Part shown: in pieces, positions 54,096-63,773 of the stretch
Position numbering within the stretch: the first letter of the stretch is position 1
How the letters are laid out: each line of letters begins with the position of its first letter
NCBI GenBank assembly: GCA_041649135.1
Contig: JBAZNQ010000002.1
Location: 41,238 to 105,237, forward strand
Source of the DNA: Patescibacteria group bacterium
Lineage (GTDB): Bacteria > Patescibacteriota > Kazan-3B-28
DNA length: 64,000 nucleotides
Reading direction: 5' to 3'
The notes under the pieces: generated by a model
Seen by the model: only the letters and a program-made list of their open reading frames with translations
Database searches by the model: none
Told to the model about the DNA's origin: nothing
Program-made: the position numbers and the translations under genes

Positions 54096-54588
54096 AGGAG
54101 CCGTAAGAATCGCGATCCTGAGTGAACCGAGTGCCTTTGGTCTCTCCCTTGCTGACGTCAATCCGATGCTCCTATACCAGCTCCGCAAAGACGATCCAGA
54201 ATACAGCGAGCACGGAACGACGGAGCTGTGGGAGCTCTGCTTTGATGCGGTGAATGAGTTGCTGCACGCTAAGGTCATCGAAGTATTTGCTGGCGCGAAC
54301 CGGCGCAAGGATGAGCTGGTGCAGCAAGTAGCTGTGGCTGAAACTCAGCCGAAAGAGCAACCTGCACCGGCAAAGCCTAACGGCAAGGCCAAGAGTAGCG
54401 GCAAAGAAGCTGAAGCCAGCAATGGTAATAGCAACCGTGGCGGTAAGCTGACGGTAAAGCAGCTGCGCTATCTCGGTTTCCTGCATCGGAAAGTCGGCGA
54501 AGAGCCGGACTACATTGTCATCTCAGCCCTGACGCAGAGTCAGGCCACAATGCGTATCAAGGAGTTGGAGCAACGCGTTAATGGGTGA
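54079..54588 (+). CDS. Hypothetical protein with Lys/Ala/Pro-rich linker
   Basis: 169 aa; central low-complexity segment QPKEQPAPAKPNGKAKSSGKEAEASNGNSN. Confidence 0.4.
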   Translation: MQQSAEGAVRIAILSEPSAFGLSLADVNPMLLYQLRKDDPEYSEHGTTELWELCFDAVNELLHAKVIEVFAGANRRKDELVQQVAVAETQPKEQPAPAKPNGKAKSSGKEAEASNGNSNRGGKLTVKQLRYLGFLHRKVGEEPDYIVISALTQSQATMRIKELEQRVNG

Positions 54589-54998
54589 TGCGCCCTCTGC
54601 CATTCCCGCAGACGGGTTAGATTTCCCAAGGGATTTCTGCAAGCTAACCGGCACGTCGTTCCCGCGACGGGCTGGCTTGGCTTGGGAACGACTAATAAAT
54701 AACAATAGCGTGATTGGGTTACTTGTGGTATGCTTTACTCGTGGATAACTTGTTGATAATCCACACAATTGCGTCCCGACGAGATTCTGCTGCGCCTGAC
54801 GACGCTCGTATGTGTTATACTTTGTACCCAGCTCAGCGGATGAATGAGCTGGGGGAGAATGGCGGAAAAGCTGAATACATGGGGCGTAGCTCATGCGAGT
54901 CTGGTGGAATCTCGCGGATGCTACAAAGGCACCTTGGCAAAGGCAAAAAGCACCCCCGCTCGTTAAAACAAGCGGGGGCCATTGCACGGTAGGTTACC

Positions 54999-55100
54999 CT
55001 ACCGTTTCCGTTTATTCAGTCCTTGCCATACCAGAATGATCTGGCAGGCTAGACCGATAACGGCAACGATGAGTCTTATCCACTCAAAGTGGCCGTTCAT
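54999..55100 (-). CDS. Candidate 31-aa hydrophobic peptide (type I toxin-like); unannotated short ORF
   Basis: SD GGAGGT 7 nt upstream of the ATG; MNGHFEWIRLIVAVIGLACQIILVWQGLNKRKR has a TM helix and a basic tail. A hairpin ACGGTAGG-ttac-CCTACCGT lies immediately downstream. Confidence 0.3.
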   Translation of the reverse strand: MNGHFEWIRLIVAVIGLACQIILVWQGLNKRKR

Positions 55101-55375
55101 GACGGTACCTCCTTTTGTGGCTCTACCACGAGGCCCACAGGGGGTACCGTCCCCATTTATTTGTTTTAAAAAACCCGCTCGTGCGGGTTGTTCTGTTTAT
55201 CTACTCGGGGGAAACTGCAAGTGTTTGAGCTTCACTAGCTTAAGCCACCGTTCAGCTTCACGTATACTCATACAGCCTCCACCGTTGAAAGTATACCACA
55301 CTTTTGGTCGAGGGCAAGATCGGGGGAACTGGTTCATAGCTAAAACCCGCGCTGAATAGCATCTCGCTTCCCGGG

Positions 55376-56377
55376 ATGGATCAGCATGGCTTATGTACAA
55401 TGGTACTGAGACCAAACCATATGAGTCCACGTAAACCAAAGACAGACCAGAAACGGCTACCGCGAACAAAGCGAGCCAAGCACCCGCCTGCTTTTCGGAT
55501 TACCAAGCGCGATGTAGAGCTGGTGCGCGCTATCCTGAATTACCGCTTCCTCTACACTAAGCACGTGTTCTGGCTGTTGCCGAAAGCCAGCCAGCAGAAC
55601 CTGACCGTGCGGTTGCGGCACCTATACCATCATGGCTACTTGAATCGCGTTTTGCTTCCTGACTCCAGTACCAATGAGCAGCTGGTCTACGCGCCGACCG
55701 AAAAGGGCGCGGTGATGGTTGCGGATGCGGACGGTATCAGCCGAGATGAAGTTGAATGGCACCGCTACATGAACATCGTCTCGCCCTCGCATATCCGCCA
55801 CCTGCTCTCAATCAACGACGTGCTGGTGTCTTATGAGATTGCGCTAGGGCAAGCTAAGGCTCAAGGCAAGATAGCGGATTACAAGGTAGTGCGCGGGGAG
55901 CCGCGCAAACACAAGCTACCGGTGCTGCTTAGAGACAAGGACGGCAAACGGCGTGAGGTTGCCAATGTGCCGGACGCTTATCTTGCGGTAGTGTTTGACA
56001 GCCACAATTACGGCGTGTTCTTTGTGGAAGTGGACAGGGCGACGATGGGGTCGTCGCGCTGGGCAGAGAAGATCGAGGTCTATCGCGAGTACCCGCGCAC
56101 CCAGCACTTCAAGGACAAGTTTAAGGCGCAATGGTGTATAGTGTTAACCGTCGCGCCGAGCGAAAAGCGGGTCATGTCGCTAGCGGAGAAAACCGCCGGC
56201 ATGGGGGGTCAGCGGGGATTCTGGTATGCGCTCGCTGACCAGCTAACACCGGATACCGCTTGCGGACCCGTTTGGATCAGAGCGTCGGACTTATTTGGTG
56301 TTCGTAATGAAAGGGTGGTCAAGCTGAGCGAAATCAGCAGGGCTATCAGATCGGGATTGCCCGATGCGCTAAGGTAG
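55376..56377 (+). CDS. Replication-relaxation family protein (plasmid/ICE replication initiator-like, winged helix)
   Basis: ITKRDVELVRAILNYRFLYTKHVFWLL...QNLTVRLRHLYHHGYLNRV matches the N-terminal wHTH of the replication-relaxation family. The true start may be an internal Met (MSPRKPK). Confidence 0.6.
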   Translation: MDQHGLCTMVLRPNHMSPRKPKTDQKRLPRTKRAKHPPAFRITKRDVELVRAILNYRFLYTKHVFWLLPKASQQNLTVRLRHLYHHGYLNRVLLPDSSTNEQLVYAPTEKGAVMVADADGISRDEVEWHRYMNIVSPSHIRHLLSINDVLVSYEIALGQAKAQGKIADYKVVRGEPRKHKLPVLLRDKDGKRREVANVPDAYLAVVFDSHNYGVFFVEVDRATMGSSRWAEKIEVYREYPRTQHFKDKFKAQWCIVLTVAPSEKRVMSLAEKTAGMGGQRGFWYALADQLTPDTACGPVWIRASDLFGVRNERVVKLSEISRAIRSGLPDALR

Positions 56378-56395
56378 CGCAACGCGGGAGGCAGT

Positions 56396-56737
56396 ATGGC
56401 TGAGCCATTGGAGCACCTGAAAGGTGCCAGCGATAGCAAGCGTGGTTTCTGGAACTGGGCTGTGTACTGGTGGGGAGAGCTCGTCAATTCGCGCTTCTTC
56501 CTCTACCTCTACGACTACACCTGCATGCGCATTCCCTTGACCAAGCGCTACCGAGAGCTGACGCTGGATCAGCTGACATGCCGGTTCTGTGGGAATAGCA
56601 TTGACCTGCTGGGCGCTTGGCGCTGCGAGTGCGGCTACTCCCGCCCTGGCAACTACTTCGGGCGCTGCCCGAAGTGCCTGAACTACCCGCGCTACATTGA
56701 CTGCCCAGCTTGCAGGTTTACTATGGACGTGAGGTGA
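56396..56737 (+). CDS. Cys-rich zinc-finger protein (hypothetical)
   Basis: CRFCG...CECG...CPKC...CPACRF gives four CxxC pairs. Confidence 0.4.
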   Translation: MAEPLEHLKGASDSKRGFWNWAVYWWGELVNSRFFLYLYDYTCMRIPLTKRYRELTLDQLTCRFCGNSIDLLGAWRCECGYSRPGNYFGRCPKCLNYPRYIDCPACRFTMDVR

Positions 56738-56744
56738 ATTTGTA

Positions 56745-59015
56745 ATGATTACTCAGATATCCATAAGCAAGACGGCCATTTATGGCGATACGCCAGTTGT
56801 GTTAGACGAATTGCTTCAATTCAACTATGTTTTCGGTGCTAATGGTTCAGGCAAAACGACAGTAAGTCGTTTTCTCAATGACACTTTAAATCCAGAGTAT
56901 TCAAATTGCTCAGTTACGTATCAAGGAATTTCTCGACCTAATATTCTCGTCTACAACAAGGATTTTGTTGACGACAAGCTAAATGTATCAACAGCGATAC
57001 CAGGCATTTTTACTTTCGCTGATGAAAATGAACCAGCAAGGGCGAAAATCAAAGAACTAGCTGATACTTGCGCTGGCTATACTAAGACCCTTGAAGGACT
57101 CAACATCACCTTGAATGGAGGAGATGGCAAACCGGGTGAATTAGGCAAATTGCAAGTACTAGACGCTGACTTTCGCGGAAGATGTTGGCGACAAAAGCTC
57201 AAATACGACGCTGACTTCAAGAGCGCCTTCTCCGGATTTCGCCGGAACTCTGCCGATTTTATGAAGAAGGTTCTCCTTGAATACGCTGAGAATAAAGCCA
57301 CATTACTAAACATAGATACTCTGAAGAGCAAAGCAGGCTCCATCTTCACCGATACCCAGACAAGTGAGCCATCTTTTGAAATTATCGACTTCAGCAGAAT
57401 CCTCACCTATGAATCGAGCCTCCTGTTAAAGAAAGTGGTGGTTGGCAAACAGGATGTTGATATCGCCAGCATGATTAAGAAGTTGGGAAACAGCGATTGG
57501 GTGAAGACAGGGCGCCCATACTACGACATCAACGACATGTACTGTCCATTCTGTCAGCAACTTACTACAGAGCAGTTCGCCAAGGAACTGAATGAGTATT
57601 TCGATTTATCATTTGAATCTGATATGAAAGATTTACAGCAACTATACCAAGACTATGATGCTGAATCACAAGCAATCGAAGACAAGCTTAACACTATAGC
57701 AAGCCGTTCCTCGGTTTTCGTTGATATGAATCAACTAATAGCCGAAAGAGACACTCTCTTCGCTTTACTAAAAGCGAATACAGCCATTATCGAACAGAAA
57801 GTGAAAGAGCCAAGTCGGATATTTAGTCTTCAACCGCTAAATGAAGTAGTTAGTAGAATTAGCAATTTGTTGAATACAGCCAATGACAAGATTGACGAAC
57901 ACAACAAGCTAGTAGCGAACATTGCCGCTGAGCGTAAACTATTAACTGCCCAAGTATGGAGATTCATTATTGATTCAGAGTTGAAGGACGAGATTGAGAA
58001 GTACTTAGATGAGAAGAACAAAATTGAGAAAGCAATAACCGGCATCAACGCTAGAATTACCAAAACAAGTACGGAGCTGGAGAATGCCCAGAATGAAAGC
58101 AGTGCGCTTAGTAGGCAGATGACTAGCATTGAACCTACGGTACGACGCATTAATGATATTCTGCGTTCGTTCGGTTTCCTGAGTTTTCACTTAAAGGTTG
58201 CCGAAGATAGAACTTCTTACAAGATTGTACGCAGCAACGGAAGTGATGCTCGGCAGACCCTGAGCGAGGGTGAGCGCGCTTTTATTTCATTTCTCTATTT
58301 TTTCAGTATGATTTCCGGAAGCGTAGATGCGGACGGTTTAGCCGGAGACAGAATTGTCGTTTTTGATGATCCAGTATCTAGTTTAGATAGCGACGTTTTG
58401 TTTATTGTTAGCTCACTCATCAAGCAGACTATTAAACACTCGCGCGAGAAGATTAGCAGAGTCAGACAGATTTTCGTTTTTACACATAATGTATTTTTCC
58501 ATCGTGAGGTTACATTTGATATTAATAGAAGAGGACCAAAAAGGAATGATGAAACATTCTGGGTATTGCGGAAGATTAATAATAGGCCTCTTGCTAAATC
58601 GCATGAGGAGAATCCTATCACTACTTCCTATGAGCTGCTTTGGAGTCAGTTAAGAGACGATATGTCTAGCTCCTCAACGTTAGCAAATGTAATGCGACGG
58701 ATTCTGGAGCATTACTTCAAACTGCTTGGAGGAATGAAAGACGAGGACATATTTCAAAGGTTTGAAGGTGACGAGCAGCTAATATGCCGTTCGTTATTTT
58801 CATGGATGAACTATGGCTCGCATTGCTCGGATGACGATCTATATGTTGCAGTGGACGAGTCTATGGTGGAGAAGTACAAATCAGTATTCAAGAAGATATT
58901 CGTTGACACTGGACATGAGAAACATTTCGAGATGATGATGAAGGGGTTTGAATTTCCCGAAAAGGAAGCGCCATTAGAAGCTCCAGAGCCAGTCGAGGAA
59001 GCTGTTGTGGGTTAG
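56745..59015 (+). CDS. RloC-like AAA_13 ATPase (restriction-linked; putative wobble-nucleotide-excising anticodon nuclease)
   Basis: N-terminal Walker A FGANGSGKTT, long coiled coil containing a CxxC zinc-hook-like motif (YCPFCQQ), Walker B/D-loop VVFDDPVSSLDSD and a ~200-aa C-terminal domain. Located directly upstream of a Type III R-M pair. Confidence 0.6.
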   Translation: MITQISISKTAIYGDTPVVLDELLQFNYVFGANGSGKTTVSRFLNDTLNPEYSNCSVTYQGISRPNILVYNKDFVDDKLNVSTAIPGIFTFADENEPARAKIKELADTCAGYTKTLEGLNITLNGGDGKPGELGKLQVLDADFRGRCWRQKLKYDADFKSAFSGFRRNSADFMKKVLLEYAENKATLLNIDTLKSKAGSIFTDTQTSEPSFEIIDFSRILTYESSLLLKKVVVGKQDVDIASMIKKLGNSDWVKTGRPYYDINDMYCPFCQQLTTEQFAKELNEYFDLSFESDMKDLQQLYQDYDAESQAIEDKLNTIASRSSVFVDMNQLIAERDTLFALLKANTAIIEQKVKEPSRIFSLQPLNEVVSRISNLLNTANDKIDEHNKLVANIAAERKLLTAQVWRFIIDSELKDEIEKYLDEKNKIEKAITGINARITKTSTELENAQNESSALSRQMTSIEPTVRRINDILRSFGFLSFHLKVAEDRTSYKIVRSNGSDARQTLSEGERAFISFLYFFSMISGSVDADGLAGDRIVVFDDPVSSLDSDVLFIVSSLIKQTIKHSREKISRVRQIFVFTHNVFFHREVTFDINRRGPKRNDETFWVLRKINNRPLAKSHEENPITTSYELLWSQLRDDMSSSSTLANVMRRILEHYFKLLGGMKDEDIFQRFEGDEQLICRSLFSWMNYGSHCSDDDLYVAVDESMVEKYKSVFKKIFVDTGHEKHFEMMMKGFEFPEKEAPLEAPEPVEEAVVG

Positions 59016-59083
59016 GTGGCACGGTGTCGGAGAGCGTTAATCGTAATTGGCAGTCGCCTGTTCGTCCGGCATAATGGAGTCGT

Positions 59084-60958
59084 ATGAAAGAGCCAGACAA
59101 GAAGCATGGAGTCGAACACGTCACGCGGGAAGCAGGGCTGGACATGAATGAGCGCGTGGAGTTTCTGCGCGAGCTGTTCCCGGAAGCCGTTGCTGAGGGC
59201 AGGGTGGACTGGGACAAGCTGCGTGCGGCGCTGGGCGAAGCGGTGGAAGGGAGCGCGGAGCGGTACAGTTTCTCATGGGCTGGCAAGCGCGACGCGATAA
59301 GGTTGGTACAGATGCCGAGCCGCGCAACGTTGAACCCCGCGCAGGATGAGTCCGTGGATTGGGACACGACCAGGAACGCCTTCATCGAGGGCGACAACCT
59401 TGAGGTGCTGAAGCTTCTGCTAAAGGCGTACTACGGGCGAGTGAAGATGATCTACATCGACCCGCCTTATAACACCGGCAATGACTTCGTTTATCCTGAC
59501 AATTACGCCGATCCGCTAGACACCTACCTCAAGCTGTCTGGTCAGAAAGACGCGGATGGCAACTTGCTGACTACTAACGCCAACACAAGCGGGCGCTATC
59601 ACTCGGTTTGGCTGTCAATGATGTACCCGCGCCTCTTCCTCGCCAAGCAAATGCTTCGAGAGGACGGAGTGATATTCGTAAGCATTGATGATAACGAAGT
59701 TCATAATTTGCGTCTGATAATGAACGAGATATTTGGCGAGGAAAACTTTATTGCACAATTCGTTTGGGAGAAGATGTATACAACCAAGAATGATGCTGCG
59801 CAGGTGTCCATATGTCACGAGTACGTTATTTGCTACGCGCACAATAGCAATGAATCGATGATTCAGTTACTCCCACGAACTGACGAAATGGATGCTAGAT
59901 ACACTAATCCGGACAATGATCCTCGCGGACAGTGGAAAGCGATTCCCTTGTACGCTGACGGAGAAAGGAAGAATGGCAGATTTCCAATAGCAAGTTCCAC
60001 AGGTAAAGTGACTGAGTTGGGGCCAAACAAGCATTGGCGATACCGATCTGAGGATGTTCAAGCACTTATTGCAGATAGCCGTATCTACTTCGGCAAAGAT
60101 GGGAATGGACAGCCTGTCTTGAAACGTTTCTTATCGGAAGTTCAGAGCGGGTTAAAAACAAAGACCTTATGGTCACACTCTGAGGTTGGGAGCAACGATT
60201 CAGCTAAACGGCAGCTCAGGCAGCTTTTTCCTGAGGCTACTGACGCTTTCAGTTTTCCTAAGCCCAGCACGCTAGTACAACACATGCTACGGCTTATCAC
60301 TACTCAAGCAGAAGAACTTGTGATGGATTTTTTTGCGGGAACCTGCACCACGGCTGAAGCCGTGCTTGAACTCAACCACACTGACTCGGGTAAACGAAGA
60401 TTCATTATGGTCCAGCTTCCCGAACTGACGGGACTCGCGAAGTGGGCAACTATCGCTGAGATCGGGAAGGAGCGTATCCGTCGCGTTATCGAAAAACTTA
60501 AAGCAGACCAGCAAGACAAGTTGAAGCTGGCAGAGCGCAACGAACCTGAAGACCTGGGCTTCCGCGTGTACAAGCTGGCAGAATCCAATTATAAGCTGTG
60601 GACAGGCGTCGCGGACAATGACCCCGACAAGTACGCGGCAGAACTGGAGCTGTTCGCCGATCCGCTATACGATGGCTGGCTACCTGAAAGCGTGATATAC
60701 GAAGTCGCAGTGAAAGAGGGCTACGGGCTGGGCTTGAGCATCGCAAAGGTAGACGGCGTCAAGAAGAACGAGGTTTACCGTGTGAGCGATGCGGGCAAGG
60801 GGCAGAGCTTCATCATCTGCCTGGACAGCAAACTCGACCCGCAAACGCCGCGCGAGCTGGAACTAAAGAAAGATGATCTATTTGTTTGCCGCGACATCGC
60901 GCTGACGGATGAACTGGCGGCTAACCTTGCTCTGCAATGCAGGCTGAAGACGGTGTAG
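59084..60958 (+). CDS. mod: Type III restriction-modification system methyltransferase (Mod), N6-adenine
   Basis: KMIYIDPPYNTGNDFVYPDNY (DPPY motif IV) and an SAM-binding FxGxG region; size and order match Type III Mod. Confidence 0.85.
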   Translation: MKEPDKKHGVEHVTREAGLDMNERVEFLRELFPEAVAEGRVDWDKLRAALGEAVEGSAERYSFSWAGKRDAIRLVQMPSRATLNPAQDESVDWDTTRNAFIEGDNLEVLKLLLKAYYGRVKMIYIDPPYNTGNDFVYPDNYADPLDTYLKLSGQKDADGNLLTTNANTSGRYHSVWLSMMYPRLFLAKQMLREDGVIFVSIDDNEVHNLRLIMNEIFGEENFIAQFVWEKMYTTKNDAAQVSICHEYVICYAHNSNESMIQLLPRTDEMDARYTNPDNDPRGQWKAIPLYADGERKNGRFPIASSTGKVTELGPNKHWRYRSEDVQALIADSRIYFGKDGNGQPVLKRFLSEVQSGLKTKTLWSHSEVGSNDSAKRQLRQLFPEATDAFSFPKPSTLVQHMLRLITTQAEELVMDFFAGTCTTAEAVLELNHTDSGKRRFIMVQLPELTGLAKWATIAEIGKERIRRVIEKLKADQQDKLKLAERNEPEDLGFRVYKLAESNYKLWTGVADNDPDKYAAELELFADPLYDGWLPESVIYEVAVKEGYGLGLSIAKVDGVKKNEVYRVSDAGKGQSFIICLDSKLDPQTPRELELKKDDLFVCRDIALTDELAANLALQCRLKTV

Positions 60959-60968
60959 GGCTAGCGCT

Positions 60969-63725
60969 ATGGAATTTAAGTTTGACGCTAATCAGGAGTA
61001 CCAGCTTACGGCGATAGATGCCGTGGTCAGCCTGTTCAACGGCCAGCCGCATATGGAAGCCGTGATCACGTTTGGCACTGAGGTGATACTCCCAGAGCAC
61101 GCATATCAGACCGATCTGCCGCTGCCGGCTGACAGACCTAAGCAGATGGCTTTGTCAGCGGGACTTGCCGCAGTGCCGAACCAGATTGAGCTAACACCAG
61201 AGGAAATCCTGCGCAACCTGCGCGATTTGCAAGAAGCGAATGGCATAGAACCGGACGCGGAGCTGAAGTACATCGCGGGCGAAATCGAGACGGCTGAAGG
61301 CAAGGCGGAAGCGCGCTTCCCCAATTTCTCCGTGGAGATGGAGACCGGCACGGGCAAGACCTACGTGTACATTCGCACCGTGCTTGAGCTGTACCAGCGT
61401 TATGGGATGCGTAAGTTTATCGTGGTCGTGCCGTCTATCGCTGTACGTGAGGGCGTGCTGAAGTCGCTGAAGGTCACGTCGCGGCACTTGAAAGAGCTGT
61501 ATAGCAATCCGACCTATCGCTTCTATGTCTACGACTCAGCCAGCCTGAGCCAGGTCCGTGGTTTCGCCACTTCGAGCGGCGTCGAGATCATGGTGATGAC
61601 GCTGGACTCGTTTAACAAGGCGGTAAAAGAAGACGGCGCAGGTGGCAACGTGATTTTCAAGAGCACGGACAAGCTGTCCGGCGAAAAGCCGATCCACCTG
61701 ATTCAGAACACGCGCCCGATTCTCATTCTCGATGAACCGCAGAACATGGAGAGCGAGAAAAGCGTGGAAGCGCTCAAGGTGCTGAACCCGCTATGCGCCT
61801 TGCGCTACAGCGCGACGCACCGCAATCCGTACAATGTCGTCTACCGGCTGTCGCCGTTCGATGCCTACCGGCAGAACATCGTGAAGCGAATCGAAGTGGC
61901 GTCGGTCGTTAAAACCGATGACGCCAACCAAGCGTTCATGCGGCTGGAAAGCGTGAAGACGCTGAAGAACACCATCACGGCAAAGCTGACGGCGCACAAG
62001 CTGATGAAAGACGGCACTGTCAAGGAAACGAGCTTCACGCTGAAACCTGATAGCGACCTGGCTGAACTAACGAACTTGCCGCAGTATGCTGGCTTGACGG
62101 TTGAAGAGATTGACGTGGTGGGGCAACGTGTCCTATTCACCAATGGCGTCGAATTAACTGCTGGCGAAGCACAGGGCGCGGACAAGGACGCAATCTTCGA
62201 GGCGCAGATTCGCTACACCGTGGAAGAGCATATGCGTAAGGCGAAGCGCTTCCGCGATGCGGGAATCAAGGTGCTGTCGCTCTTCTTCATTGACCATGTC
62301 GATAACTATGTGCTTGAAGACGGGCTTATCAAGAAGCTTTTCGATAAGGCGTACTTAGCGCTTCGCGATAAGCATCCTGAATGGAAGCAGTGGGAGCCAG
62401 ATGAAGTGCGCGCTGCGTACTTTGCCCAGCGCAAGGTGAAGGGCACAACGGAAGCCGTGGACACCACGGGCAAGAGCGCGGCGGACGCCTACGCTTACGA
62501 CCTGATTATGAAAGACAAGGAACGCCTGCTGTCGTTCGAGTCGCCGGTGGCGTTCATCTTCTCTCACTCGGCGCTACGTGAAGGTTGGGACAATCCGAAC
62601 GTATTTCAGATTTGCACGCTGAACCAGACGGCATCGGAAATCAAGAAGCGCCAAGAAGTCGGGCGCGGTATCCGGCTGGCGGTGAACCAGACCGGCGAAC
62701 GTGTCCACGAGGAAGCGGTGAACGTGCTGACCGTCGTGGCGAATGAGAGCTATGAGCAATATGTCGCTTCACTACAAAGCGAGATTGAAGCGGAGTACGG
62801 AGCTTCCGGCGTGCCGCCTAAGCCGCCGCGCGCCGAACGTGTAACCGTCCGGCTGAACAAGAAGTACCTGCTCAGCGATGACTTCAAGAACCTTTGGGAG
62901 AAGATTAAGCACAAGACTCGTTACTCGGTGAAGATTGATACGGACAAGCTGGTCGGTGATGTGCTGGCGGAGTTGGACAAAGCGGTAATCAGCAAGCCAC
63001 GCGTGGAAATTCGCAAGGCAGATGTAACCGTAGACAAAGAGGAAGCGTTCAAGGCACTGCTAAAGACCGGCGCAAAGACGCTGATTGACCTGTCCGGCAA
63101 GTACCCCTTGCCTAACCTAGTCGAACTGCTGCTGCACCAGCTTGAGCACACCAGCCCGCCGGTGCGACTGACGCGGGCAACGCTGGCGCGGATCGTGCGC
63201 GAGACCAAGCGCAAAGCTGACGCGGCGCTGAATCCGCAAGAGTTCGTGCGGGTCGCGACCGACATCCTCAAAGACAAACTGGCTGAAAGCCTGATTGACG
63301 GGATTGAGTACGAGAAGATGAATGCTTGGTACGAGATGAGCCAGTTCGAAGATTTCGAAAGCTGGCGAGAACACCTTGTACCGGCGAAACACTCGGTCTA
63401 TGACGCGACGCCATTCGACTCCGAGATTGAGCAGAAATTCGCTGAAGGGCTGGAAGCGCGCGAAGATGTGCGCCTATACGTCAAACTGCCAAGCTGGTTC
63501 ACCGTGCCAACGCCTGTGGGAGAGTATAATCCTGATTGGGCCATTGTGATGAACAGCGAAGACGAGGGCAAGCCGGTGTTGTATTTGGTGCGGGAAACCA
63601 AAGGAACCACCAATCCGTGCGACCTGCGCCCCGACGAGAAGCGTAAAATCATCTGTGGTAAAAAGCATTTCAAGGATGCTCTAGCTATCGATTACAAGGT
63701 TGTTGCGAAAGCATCCGAGGTTTAG
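60969..63725 (+). CDS. res: Type III restriction enzyme Res subunit (SF2 helicase + endonuclease)
   Basis: N-terminus MEFKFDANQEYQLTAIDAVVSLFNGQ is typical of Res. Walker A METGTGKTYV, DEPQN box and a C-terminal PD-(D/E)xK-like region. Confidence 0.9.
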   Translation: MEFKFDANQEYQLTAIDAVVSLFNGQPHMEAVITFGTEVILPEHAYQTDLPLPADRPKQMALSAGLAAVPNQIELTPEEILRNLRDLQEANGIEPDAELKYIAGEIETAEGKAEARFPNFSVEMETGTGKTYVYIRTVLELYQRYGMRKFIVVVPSIAVREGVLKSLKVTSRHLKELYSNPTYRFYVYDSASLSQVRGFATSSGVEIMVMTLDSFNKAVKEDGAGGNVIFKSTDKLSGEKPIHLIQNTRPILILDEPQNMESEKSVEALKVLNPLCALRYSATHRNPYNVVYRLSPFDAYRQNIVKRIEVASVVKTDDANQAFMRLESVKTLKNTITAKLTAHKLMKDGTVKETSFTLKPDSDLAELTNLPQYAGLTVEEIDVVGQRVLFTNGVELTAGEAQGADKDAIFEAQIRYTVEEHMRKAKRFRDAGIKVLSLFFIDHVDNYVLEDGLIKKLFDKAYLALRDKHPEWKQWEPDEVRAAYFAQRKVKGTTEAVDTTGKSAADAYAYDLIMKDKERLLSFESPVAFIFSHSALREGWDNPNVFQICTLNQTASEIKKRQEVGRGIRLAVNQTGERVHEEAVNVLTVVANESYEQYVASLQSEIEAEYGASGVPPKPPRAERVTVRLNKKYLLSDDFKNLWEKIKHKTRYSVKIDTDKLVGDVLAELDKAVISKPRVEIRKADVTVDKEEAFKALLKTGAKTLIDLSGKYPLPNLVELLLHQLEHTSPPVRLTRATLARIVRETKRKADAALNPQEFVRVATDILKDKLAESLIDGIEYEKMNAWYEMSQFEDFESWREHLVPAKHSVYDATPFDSEIEQKFAEGLEAREDVRLYVKLPSWFTVPTPVGEYNPDWAIVMNSEDEGKPVLYLVRETKGTTNPCDLRPDEKRKIICGKKHFKDALAIDYKVVAKASEV

Positions 63726-63773
63726 CGTCTCTAGCCACAAGTATGTAAGAAGGAGGGCTTACTTACAATAGAA

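Larger units (their letters stand above)
45461..63730. mobile_element. High-GC genomic island / integrative mobile element remnant inserted at the tRNA-Gly 3' end (right boundary approximate)
   Basis: Abrupt rise in G+C and codon style starting exactly at the tRNA 3' end. Cargo includes a serine recombinase, a TraD/VirD4-like coupling ATPase, a replication-relaxation protein, DUF2958, an RloC-like ATPase and a Type III R-M system. Composition falls again near 63.73 kb. Confidence 0.6.
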
